A DNA stretch of 64,000 bases from assembly GCA_947642635.1 (NCBI GenBank), contig CANRTI010000004.1, positions 5,467 to 69,466 on the forward strand. Reading direction: 5' to 3'. The notes beneath the pieces were generated by a model. That model ran no database searches. It was not told where the DNA came from and was given only the letters and a program-made list of their open reading frames with translations. This DNA comes from an uncultured Mycoplasma sp. GTDB taxonomy: Bacteria; Bacillota_I; Bacilli_A; RF39; UBA660. Positions 19,677 through 28,648 of the stretch are shown piece after piece (positions within the stretch are counted from its first letter, which is position 1; every line of letters starts with the position of its first letter). The translations under genes and the position numbers were made by a program.

Positions 19677-20142
19677 TTTCTAGATCTCCTTCAAACTTAT
19701 TTATTTCAACGCCTGCTTCTTTTAATAAACATTCTGAATATTTATCCGGATATGCTTTTAAATAAATGATCTTTTTTATTCCCACATTTATAAGCATTTT
19801 AGCACATATTATACACGGCTGTTTCGTTACATATAAAACACTATCTTTAACATCTATTTTATTATTTAAAGCATCTATTAGAGCATTTTGTTCCGCATGG
19901 ACAACAAAACATAATTCTTGATTTTCTCCACTTTTTAAATTTAGTTTTTTTCTTATACAAGTTTTTTCAGTACATGGAGTTATTCCATTAGGAACACTAT
20001 TAACTCCTTCTGCAATTATCTTATTATCTTTTACTAAAACAGCACCAACTTTACCTTTAATACAATTAGCACTAGCAGATATTTTAATTGCGTAATTCAT
20101 AAAAAGATTATTGTTTTTAATTTTTACATTCATATAAATCAC
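19663..20142 (-). CDS. dCMP/cytidine deaminase family protein (ComEB-like)
   Basis: Zinc-binding HAEQNAL and PCxxCAKML motifs. Overlaps the CYTH gene. Confidence 0.75.
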   Translation of the reverse strand: MIYMNVKIKNNNLFMNYAIKISASANCIKGKVGAVLVKDNKIIAEGVNSVPNGITPCTEKTCIRKKLNLKSGENQELCFVVHAEQNALIDALNNKIDVKDSVLYVTKQPCIICAKMLINVGIKKIIYLKAYPDKYSECLLKEAGVEINKFEGDLENEKN

Positions 20143-20416
20143 CCATAAAAATTAACACTTACATGAACATTATACCATGAAATTTTATCTTAATTATATA
20201 TATTATAAGATTTTTGTACTAAAAAAGTAGTAGAAATTGATTATTTTATATATCAAATCGTTATGAGTGAAAAAGTTGTAGATACTATGCTATTTGCTTC
20301 ATTTGAAAACGAAATAGTTTCAAATAATTGAAAAAGAATGTATAATAAAAATATATTCTTAAATCTGTAAGGAGTCATTTTTTTAATAAATTTAATGAAT
20401 TATACAAAAGAAAAAG

Positions 20417-20869
20417 GTGTTAAAAATGGTATTAATATTTGGAATAAGTGGAACAATAATTGGAATAATTTCTTTAATTTTTTCTCATTATGGGAAAAAA
20501 AGCTATATAGAAAAGAAAAAAAGATGTACTAGCAGTGTTGAAGGAAAAATAATTAGATTTGAAATTAGAAAATATAGAAATTATGATGATTATGACATAG
20601 TTTATTATCCTGTTTATGAATATTTTGTTAATCAAAAGAGATGCGAATTAATGGGAAGTAATGGGTTATCAGTTTATTATGGTGAAAAAAAAGAAGAAAA
20701 AATTGATTCCTTAATTGGTAAAACTAAAAATATTTTTTATAATCCTCTAAATTGTAATGAAAGTTATATTAGTAACGAAAATATTAATATTGTTTACAAT
20801 ATTGCCAAAATTTTAGGAATAGTACTTTTAATAATAGGACTAATTAATTTGTTGATATATTTAATTTAA
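20417..20869 (+). CDS. DUF3592-like membrane protein
   Basis: N- and C-terminal TM segments with a beta-rich middle region. Confidence 0.4.
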   Translation: MLKMVLIFGISGTIIGIISLIFSHYGKKSYIEKKKRCTSSVEGKIIRFEIRKYRNYDDYDIVYYPVYEYFVNQKRCELMGSNGLSVYYGEKKEEKIDSLIGKTKNIFYNPLNCNESYISNENINIVYNIAKILGIVLLIIGLINLLIYLI

Positions 20870-20905
20870 TAAAATTATGAGAAAAAAGACAATATTAATC
20901 TATAA

Positions 20906-20937
20906 ATAAACTGAACCCCAAAAGTTGGACAGTTTAT
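20906..20937. terminator. bidirectional terminator between convergent genes
   Basis: ATAAACTG/CAGTTTAT stem, 16-nt loop containing a CCAA/TTGG sub-stem, AT runs on both sides. Confidence 0.4.
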
Positions 20938-21055
20938 AAATAATTTCTACTGGTAAATTCCATTTATCAATACATTCTTTTTTCAATTACTTTATCAGTA
21001 ATCTTTATTTTTATTGTCAACACTTCACTTTATAATTATAACATTTTAATTTTGA

Positions 21056-21604
21056 TTAAATTCGAAATAGATATGAACTTAATTCATCATAACATTCATC
21101 TCTATTTACAATTAGATTATTTTCACGCATTTCATTTAATTCATTTATGGTAACAAATTTAATAGCTTGAACTTCACTACTTTGAAATTTGATATTTGTA
21201 TCTGTTAAGCCATTTTGTCTAAGAATAAAGAAATCATAAAATTGTCTATCATAGTGATCATCATTTACTTTTTTCTCTTTTCGATAAGAAAACATAAACC
21301 GAAAATCTCTTACTTCAACACTATACCCCAAACTTACACTTACTTCTTCGCTAATCTCACGAGTTGCAGCAGTTAAAGAATCTTGGCCAGCAGATAAATG
21401 ACCAGTTACAGAAATATCCCACATATCTGGATTTTTATCTTTGTCATGACTTCTTTGTTGTATTAAAATTTCATTTTTTTCATTTACAATTGCTACTACA
21501 ATAATTCTGTGCCAAAGTCCTTGTCTGTGTACTTCTTTTCTCGGCAAAACTTCTCCTGTTTTGATACCATTTTCATTTAAAACATCTAAAAGTTCTTCTT
21601 TCAT
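21056..21604 (-). CDS. NUDIX hydrolase (second copy)
   Basis: Nudix box GHLSAGQDSLTAATREISEEV. Confidence 0.7.
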   Translation of the reverse strand: MKEELLDVLNENGIKTGEVLPRKEVHRQGLWHRIIVVAIVNEKNEILIQQRSHDKDKNPDMWDISVTGHLSAGQDSLTAATREISEEVSVSLGYSVEVRDFRFMFSYRKEKKVNDDHYDRQFYDFFILRQNGLTDTNIKFQSSEVQAIKFVTINELNEMRENNLIVNRDECYDELSSYLFRI

Positions 21605-21791
21605 TTAAATTCCTCCATTAACAAATTTTATCTAATAGTTATTATACAATAAATTTCTAAAAAATCCACATGCCTTTACTAAAATTTTATTGATAATAGT
21701 CTATTATCAAAATATATTAATTTAAAATACTTAGTATCTATAAATTAACAATTTATTCTATCTTCGACATAAAATTTAGAAGGTGATTTAA

Positions 21792-22325
21792 TTGACAAGA
21801 AAAAGAAAACTTTGGAAATTAGAAATATTTAATACTATTTTTATTATGATTGTGGGAACTTTTTTACATTTTACTTATGAGTTTTCTAATTATAATAATT
21901 TAATTGGTATTTTTAGTCCAGTGAATGAAAGTGTTTGGGAACATTTAAAATTATTATTTTTCCCCACTATTTTAACAATATTTATTGGATACATTCTTAT
22001 AAAAGATAATTATCCAAACTATTTATATGCTAAAACTAAAGGACTTTTTATCGCTTTAAGTTTTATAATTATTTTCTTTTATACATATACAGGTATTTTA
22101 GGAAAGAGTATTTTGGTTGTCGATATTGCTAGTTTCTTTATAGCTATTTTAATATTAGAGATATATACTTTAAAAAAAACTTTATATAATGTAAAATATT
22201 TTAATTTTCGAGCTATAGCTTTTTTAACTATTCTTTTAATAGCATTTTTAATATTTACTTTTAATCCTCCAAAAATTGGGTTATTTAAAGATCTCCTTAC
22301 AAATAATTTTGGAATTCAAAAATAA
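21792..22325 (+). CDS. polytopic membrane protein, hypothetical
   Basis: Four to five TM segments. Confidence 0.4.
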   Translation: MTRKRKLWKLEIFNTIFIMIVGTFLHFTYEFSNYNNLIGIFSPVNESVWEHLKLLFFPTILTIFIGYILIKDNYPNYLYAKTKGLFIALSFIIIFFYTYTGILGKSILVVDIASFFIAILILEIYTLKKTLYNVKYFNFRAIAFLTILLIAFLIFTFNPPKIGLFKDLLTNNFGIQK

Positions 22326-22373
22326 TAGTACATAAAAATAGAAATAAATTTAATACTAATAATGGTGGTAAAT

Positions 22374-23117
22374 ATGCCTAATATCCATAGTAGTATTAAT
22401 TTTGGCTTAGTTAATATTCCTGTTTTAATGAATCCTATTATTAAAAATAATGATACATCTTTTAATCAATTACATGAAAAATGTAAAACTAGAATAAACT
22501 ATGTTAAATATTGTCCGAAGTGTAAAATTAAAATTAATGAGAAAGATATTATTAAAGGTTATCAATATGAACAAGATAAATATATTGTTTTTAGTAAAAA
22601 TGAATTAGATAATTTAAAACCTGAAAATGAAAAAGAAATTGATATTATCGCATTTGTACCTTTAAAAGATATTGATCCTATTTATTTTGAAAAAAGTTAT
22701 GATATTGATGCAGAAGGTAAAGGAAAAGCTTACTTTTTATTTTGCGAAGCTTTGAAAAGAACTAAACTAGTGGCATTAGCTAAAACAGTAATTGGTAGCA
22801 AATTTTATTATTGTATTTTAAGATTTAATGGGGACAACATAATTATGACTACTTTATATTTTGAAGAAGAAATTAATGAAAAAAAAGATAATAGTAATTA
22901 TAAAATTAACGAAAAAGAAATTAAATTAGCTACTGAATTAATAACGTCTTTAAAAGGAAAATTTGAGCCGCAAAAATACATTGATGAATATCAAGATAAT
23001 TTAAAACAAGCAATTGAAAATAAAATTGAAGGAAAAAGTGTTAAGAGTACTAAAAAGAAAAATAAAAAACAAATTACTGATTTAATGACTGCTTTAGAAA
23101 AGAGTTTAAAAAAATGA
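22374..23117 (+). CDS. ku: Ku protein (NHEJ)
   Basis: SINFGLVNIPV N-terminus and the Ku core. The ORF track starts 4 codons upstream. Confidence 0.8.
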   Translation: MPNIHSSINFGLVNIPVLMNPIIKNNDTSFNQLHEKCKTRINYVKYCPKCKIKINEKDIIKGYQYEQDKYIVFSKNELDNLKPENEKEIDIIAFVPLKDIDPIYFEKSYDIDAEGKGKAYFLFCEALKRTKLVALAKTVIGSKFYYCILRFNGDNIIMTTLYFEEEINEKKDNSNYKINEKEIKLATELITSLKGKFEPQKYIDEYQDNLKQAIENKIEGKSVKSTKKKNKKQITDLMTALEKSLKK

Positions 23118-23995
23118 GTATTTGGACGAATAGAAATTGGACTCCTATGTTATTACAAGAAATTCCTAAACCTTTTAATTCTAAAGATTATTTATATGAA
23201 TTAAAGTTTGATGGAATAAGAGCTGTTATTTTTGTAAATAAAAAAGAAATAAAAATCCAAAGTCGTAATCAACAAAATTTAACTAATCTATTTCCCGAAC
23301 TACAAGAGATTAAGAAACAAGTGACAAAAAATGTCATTTTTGATGGAGAAATTATTGCATTACAAAATGGATTACCATCATTTAGGAATATTCAAAAGAG
23401 ATTACATTTAAAAAATTCTACTAAAATATTAAATGCAAGTAGAGATAATCCCGTAGTATTTATGGCTTTTGATATTCTTTATGAAAACAAAGAATTAATT
23501 AATAATAATTTAATTATTAGGAAACAATATTTGCAAAAATATGCTGATAGTGATTGTTTTATTAAAACTAAGGCCCAAGAAAATAATGGTTGTGAATTAT
23601 TTCGAAAAGTTAAAAAGTTAGGTTTAGAAGGAATTGTTGCCAAAAACAAAAATAGTACTTATCATATTGATAAAAGAACTGATGACTTTATTAAAATAAA
23701 AAATATAAAGCGTGATGAATTTGTTATTGGAGGATATGAGTTAAAGAAAAATGAACAAATATCTTTGGCACTTGGAGAAATGCATAATAAAAAATTAGTA
23801 TTTGTAGGAAAAGTAACTATTAGAAAAACTAATAAAATTTATTCTAAAATATTGCAAGCCAAACCTAGTGAAAATTATTTTACAGATTTTAATGAGAATA
23901 TAACTTATATTAAACCTACTCTAACTTGTCATGTCGAATATTTAGAAAGAACTATTAATAATCATTTAAGACATCCAATATATAAAGATATTTAG
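23114..23995 (+). CDS. ATP-dependent DNA ligase (LigD ligase domain only)
   Basis: KxDGxR adenylation motif (ELKFDGIRAV). Overlaps the ku stop codon. Confidence 0.75.
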   Translation: MSIWTNRNWTPMLLQEIPKPFNSKDYLYELKFDGIRAVIFVNKKEIKIQSRNQQNLTNLFPELQEIKKQVTKNVIFDGEIIALQNGLPSFRNIQKRLHLKNSTKILNASRDNPVVFMAFDILYENKELINNNLIIRKQYLQKYADSDCFIKTKAQENNGCELFRKVKKLGLEGIVAKNKNSTYHIDKRTDDFIKIKNIKRDEFVIGGYELKKNEQISLALGEMHNKKLVFVGKVTIRKTNKIYSKILQAKPSENYFTDFNENITYIKPTLTCHVEYLERTINNHLRHPIYKDI

Positions 23996-24005
23996 AAGGG
24001 ATTAT

Positions 24006-25388
24006 ATGAAAAAACTAGAAAAATATAATAGTAAACGAAACTTTAAGAAAACTAAAGAACCACAGGGAATAATAAAACCAAAGAAAAACAAAATGTTAAA
24101 ATATGTGATACAACATCATCTAGCTAGAAAAGATCATTATGATTTACGTTTAGAATATAATGGAGTTTTTATAAGTTTTGCTGTTCCAAAAGGTCCCTCA
24201 TTTAATCCTAAAGATAAAAGATTAGCGATTAAAGTTGAAGATCATCCAATAAGCTATGGTAATTTTGAAGGGGTAATTCCTACTGGGGAATATGGAGCTG
24301 GGATAGTAATGATTTTCGATAAAGGATACTGGAAACCACTAAAAGATACTGTTCCAGATTTTGATAATGGTCCAGTAAAATTTACGATTAAAGGAAAAAG
24401 ATTGCAAGGTAATTGGTCGTTAGTTAAATTAAAAGATTCTAATTGGTTATTAATTAAAGAAAAAGATGAATTTGCTAATAATAATGATATAAAAAAATAT
24501 CAAACTAGTATTAAAACTAATCGAACTATGGATGAGATTAAAAATAATGTTAAAAAATCTAGTTTTAGTGAGTTAACTAGTCCTGATAAAATAATTTTTC
24601 CTAAAGATAAAATTACTAAAAAAGAAATTTACGATTATTATCAATTAGTTAGTAAAAGAATGCTACCATTTTTGGATAATCGATTGATAAGTACAGTAAG
24701 GTGTCCTAATGGAATAGAAAAAGAAATATTTTTTATGAAACATTTAAATAATCCTAGTAAAAATTTAGGACAGAAAAAAATTCGAAATAAACAAGATGAA
24801 AAAACTAATTATTATTATATTAAAAATGATGTTGGCTTATTAGAAGAAGTACAAATGAATAGTTATGAATTTCATATTTGGGGGTCTTTACAAAATTATT
24901 ACAAAAAACCCGATATGATTGTTTTTGATTTAGATCCTGATGAAAGATTATCTTTAAAAAAAGTAAGAGATGGAGTTAGAGATTTAAAAAGTATCTTAGA
25001 TAATTTACATTTAATTTCTTATCTTAAAACTAGTGGTGGAAAAGGTTATCATATTTATGTTCCAATTAATTTACCTTCATTTAAAAGAGGTGAAAAAATT
25101 GCTGAAGATATTGCTAACTTAATGACTTTAAATTGGCCCGATAAATATACAACAAATATTCGTAAAGATAAAAGACAAAATAAAATATTTATTGATTATT
25201 ATCGAAATAAATTAGGAGCTACAAGTGTTTGTCCTTATTCTTTAAGATTAAAAGATAAAGCAACAGTATCTTGTCCTATTTTTTGGCATGAATTAGATAA
25301 AATTAAACCCCAAAGTATAACTATTAAAAATATAAAAGAACGTTTAAAGAAAAAAGATCCTTGGGCTGATTTTTTCAATCATTCGTAA
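24006..25388 (+). CDS. LigD 3'-phosphoesterase + polymerase/primase domains (no ligase domain)
   Basis: PE-domain HHLARKDHYDLRLE motif at the N-terminus. Pol domain motif GGKGYHIYVP at the C-terminus. Confidence 0.75.
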   Translation: MKKLEKYNSKRNFKKTKEPQGIIKPKKNKMLKYVIQHHLARKDHYDLRLEYNGVFISFAVPKGPSFNPKDKRLAIKVEDHPISYGNFEGVIPTGEYGAGIVMIFDKGYWKPLKDTVPDFDNGPVKFTIKGKRLQGNWSLVKLKDSNWLLIKEKDEFANNNDIKKYQTSIKTNRTMDEIKNNVKKSSFSELTSPDKIIFPKDKITKKEIYDYYQLVSKRMLPFLDNRLISTVRCPNGIEKEIFFMKHLNNPSKNLGQKKIRNKQDEKTNYYYIKNDVGLLEEVQMNSYEFHIWGSLQNYYKKPDMIVFDLDPDERLSLKKVRDGVRDLKSILDNLHLISYLKTSGGKGYHIYVPINLPSFKRGEKIAEDIANLMTLNWPDKYTTNIRKDKRQNKIFIDYYRNKLGATSVCPYSLRLKDKATVSCPIFWHELDKIKPQSITIKNIKERLKKKDPWADFFNHS

Positions 25389-26232
25389 ATTCATGGTCAT
25401 GTTTTTTAAAAAACTCATGATAAATACGGACATTTTTTAATTCTGTCCACTTTTTTTCTTGGACAGGAATTGTATCTAAATCATATATTTTGGCATTAGC
25501 TAAATTTAATAAAAATGGTGAATGGGTAGCTATGATAAATTGGCAATTATAAAATCTTGCTGAATCTTCAATAAATTGTTTAAGTTTAAGTTGATTTTCA
25601 GCTGACAAACTATTTTCTGGTTCATCTAATAAATAAATGCTATTGTCTTCAATTTCTTTTTCCCAAAACATTAATGCTGATTCACCATTCGATTGTTCAA
25701 TAATATTATTAGTATGCAATTGGTCACGAATATATTTTGACATAGTTTTATGTCGCGATTCACAAGCCAATTTTATTTCGTGATAGTCGTGAATAGAATA
25801 ATCAATTGGATTATATTTTTTGTCTAAATAATCTTGTGTCAACTCTTCTTTGCGAATATTAATCCCACTATTAATTGCTCTAATACTAAGTAAGTATTCA
25901 AAAACATCATCACTGGTAATGATTTTAATTTCAAAAGGAGCTTTGTTATTCATTTTATAAAGACAATCCTGAACATATTTATAAAAATATACACCTTTAT
26001 CTAATTGATTATTACGCTTGGCTTGTAATTTATCAGCTATAATATTTAAAAGAGTTGTTTTACCAGAACCATTGCCGCCATAAAAAATTGTAATATCACT
26101 AAAATCTATTTTTCTTAATTCTTTACGTGGAAATATTCCTAAAGGATAGTAATTATTAAAAATTTTTCTTAAATCTACAACACAATATTCTTTTTCACTA
26201 CTTAATAATTGAAAATTTTTTAAATATAACAT
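25375..26232 (-). CDS. AAA/ABC-type ATPase (AAA_21-like), standalone
   Basis: Walker A GGNGSGKTT. Signature/Walker B region LLDEPENSL. H-loop ATHSP. Confidence 0.6.
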   Translation of the reverse strand: MLYLKNFQLLSSEKEYCVVDLRKIFNNYYPLGIFPRKELRKIDFSDITIFYGGNGSGKTTLLNIIADKLQAKRNNQLDKGVYFYKYVQDCLYKMNNKAPFEIKIITSDDVFEYLLSIRAINSGINIRKEELTQDYLDKKYNPIDYSIHDYHEIKLACESRHKTMSKYIRDQLHTNNIIEQSNGESALMFWEKEIEDNSIYLLDEPENSLSAENQLKLKQFIEDSARFYNCQFIIATHSPFLLNLANAKIYDLDTIPVQEKKWTELKNVRIYHEFFKKHDHEFTND

Positions 26233-26269
26233 TAAATTCTCTCCTTTAAAGATTAGAAGTTACAATATT

Positions 26270-26866
26270 TTATTTTTCTTTAATATCTTTACTTTCAATA
26301 AACGAAATTGTATCCATAATAAAGCCAACAATTTCTTTTTGTTTATTTTCTTTCAAACTTGATTCTTTTTCTTTATGATATTGTAAAGAACTAAGAGGAT
26401 ATCCTTCAATAAATTTCGAACTAGTTTTATTTATAAGAGTTGTGTCAGATTTATATTCATAAGTATAGTGGTTATTTTCATAAAAAATAGCTATGCCTTT
26501 TAAAAAGTAACCATCTAAATAACCATCATGTCCATATTTATTAACTAAATCAATATAGTAATCTAACATTTCTTGATCATTTAAGCGTTTTCCATTGACA
26601 CGTCTTACAAAAGTTCCAGGTTGAATGTTATCCGGAATATCATTTAAATATAAGCCATCATCAATAGCTATTGTGGGTAATTTAGTTATATTGAAATATG
26701 TTTCTGCTTTAATTAAAGCATTTTCTACGGGATCATTACCTGTTTCTTCGACATCAATTGTAATGTTTAAATCATCTAAGGTTACAATATCAATTCCATT
26801 TTCTTGAAGTTTATTAGCATAGTATCTAATCTTAGCTTTGTTAGTTGTTGCAAATAAATATTTCAT
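26270..26866 (-). CDS. divergent Ham1/RdgB-like (non-canonical purine NTP pyrophosphatase family) protein
   Basis: LFATTNKAKIRYYANKL...GIDIV aligns with VLATGNVGKVRELASLL...GLDIV, and ETGNDPVENALIKAE...LPTIAIDDGL aligns with ETGLTFIENAILKAR...LPAIADDSGL. The C-terminal catalytic motifs are degenerate. Confidence 0.45.
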   Translation of the reverse strand: MKYLFATTNKAKIRYYANKLQENGIDIVTLDDLNITIDVEETGNDPVENALIKAETYFNITKLPTIAIDDGLYLNDIPDNIQPGTFVRRVNGKRLNDQEMLDYYIDLVNKYGHDGYLDGYFLKGIAIFYENNHYTYEYKSDTTLINKTSSKFIEGYPLSSLQYHKEKESSLKENKQKEIVGFIMDTISFIESKDIKEK

Positions 26867-27005
26867 ATGGACACTTCCTTGCTAGAATTATTATAACAAA
26901 TTTACATATGAAGATAAATATTTCTAGAATAAATTATGTAACTTTTAAATCATTTAATAATTATAGCTAAAAAAAATTAAAAAAACATAACTAAAATAGT
27001 CATGT

Positions 27006-27734
27006 TTAATCACATTTTTCTCCTTCTGTACAAGCATCTTTGTTACCATAAACTTTTGCAAACATCGCATCATATGTGTTAAATAAGTCTGTGTGTTGTT
27101 CTTTTGTTAGATTGTCATATTTGGTTTGATCGGTTTCTAGAGTAACTGTTCCAATATATTTATCTACTACTTTTTTATCTTTTATTGCTACTATAAATGG
27201 CATAAATATTCTTTTTTCCTTAGTATCATATTTTTTTCCATTATCATCTGTCAAAATATAATCATCTAAGTGATCAGCCAACTTATCTAATAATTGATAA
27301 TAACTTTTGGTGCCTTTTTGAATTTCTTTTAGCTTGCCATTTTTGATTTCATAATTAGATTTTTCACTATCTAAATTTAAATAATAAATAGTTTCAACTT
27401 GATATTTTTTAGCAACTTCAAATAAGATTGGAACTGCATTGCGACACCAAGGACACCATTCAGCCCCAATATAAATAATCGCTTTATCATTTTCTAATAC
27501 ATCTAATGCTTCTTTAGTGTTAATATATTTAATCGGATTATCTTTAGGAATACTGATAGTATTATAAGTGGCGCCATCACTTTTTCGCACTGTATTGTTT
27601 AATGCTTCATACTCTTTTTTAAATTTCAGTGAATCTTTTTCTAATTTATCTAAATTGCTAAATAAAATAATAAATCCTATTGTAATAATTAATATAATTC
27701 CAACAATTATTATTGTTTTTTTGTTTTTTTTCAT
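27006..27734 (-). CDS. membrane-anchored thioredoxin-fold thiol-disulfide oxidoreductase
   Basis: N-terminal TM segment and a WCPWC active-site motif. Confidence 0.65.
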   Translation of the reverse strand: MKKNKKTIIIVGIILIITIGFIILFSNLDKLEKDSLKFKKEYEALNNTVRKSDGATYNTISIPKDNPIKYINTKEALDVLENDKAIIYIGAEWCPWCRNAVPILFEVAKKYQVETIYYLNLDSEKSNYEIKNGKLKEIQKGTKSYYQLLDKLADHLDDYILTDDNGKKYDTKEKRIFMPFIVAIKDKKVVDKYIGTVTLETDQTKYDNLTKEQHTDLFNTYDAMFAKVYGNKDACTEGEKCD

Positions 27735-27798
27735 TTAACTTCCTCCATAATAGTATTTTAACTTTTCTTGAAAACTAATGCAATAAAAAATGAATTTT

Positions 27799-28548
27799 TT
27801 AATCTCGATTTTGAGTTGAATTTGAAAGACAATTATCTTGCAGGCGCAAAGGTATTTGATAAGTTGTTAAAGTGTTATTAATAGTAAGTGCTTGGATTTC
27901 TAAAAACAATGAATTTTCTTTATATAATTTACAAGTTTGTGAATAATTATCCACATTAAATTGAACTTCTTTTAAAAAGTCATCTAAAGTTATGAGAGAT
28001 TTTTCAGAATAATTATATTCACTAATTTTTATTTTTTTATTATTTATTTGTTCATATAATACACAATCAATCTTTTGATATTGATTTTGATTTTTTTTAC
28101 CGCAATAACTAATATTTGAAATATAGATTGAAGATTTATTTTTATCATAAGCAATACTGCCCGAAAGATTAAAATTATCGCAACCAGCTGCTAAAGTTTT
28201 AAATTGAAAATTAGAAGATGATGTAATTATTAAAAATGTACAAAGTATTATTATAATTAATAAAATTATTAGAGTAATATATATCTTTGGTTTAGGTAAT
28301 CGAGATATTTTTGCATCTAAAAAATCATCTAAATTCATATTATAATCACGACAAATTTGTTTTAAAATTGCGATATCAGGAATATTTTTACCAGTTTCCC
28401 ATTTAGAAACAGCTTGATAAGTTACACCATATTTATTGGCAAATTTTTGTTGACTAATTCCTTCTTTTTGCCGAATACTTTTAATAAATTTTCCAATTTT
28501 TTCTGAATTCATATGCGCATTTTTGACCTTTCTATCTAAAATAATCAT
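27799..28548 (-). CDS. membrane-anchored XRE-family HTH regulator with extracellular C-terminal domain
   Basis: N-terminal HTH_3 (ISQQKFANKYGVTYQAVSKWETG), one TM segment and a Cys-containing C-terminal domain. Confidence 0.6.
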   Translation of the reverse strand: MIILDRKVKNAHMNSEKIGKFIKSIRQKEGISQQKFANKYGVTYQAVSKWETGKNIPDIAILKQICRDYNMNLDDFLDAKISRLPKPKIYITLIILLIIIILCTFLIITSSSNFQFKTLAAGCDNFNLSGSIAYDKNKSSIYISNISYCGKKNQNQYQKIDCVLYEQINNKKIKISEYNYSEKSLITLDDFLKEVQFNVDNYSQTCKLYKENSLFLEIQALTINNTLTTYQIPLRLQDNCLSNSTQNRD

Positions 28549-28648
28549 ATCATAAATATAATTTTTTGAAAATATATCTTAAATAATTTATTTAATACAT
28601 TAAAAATTATTATTTTGTTATAATATAAATAATGGAAAGGGACTAATT

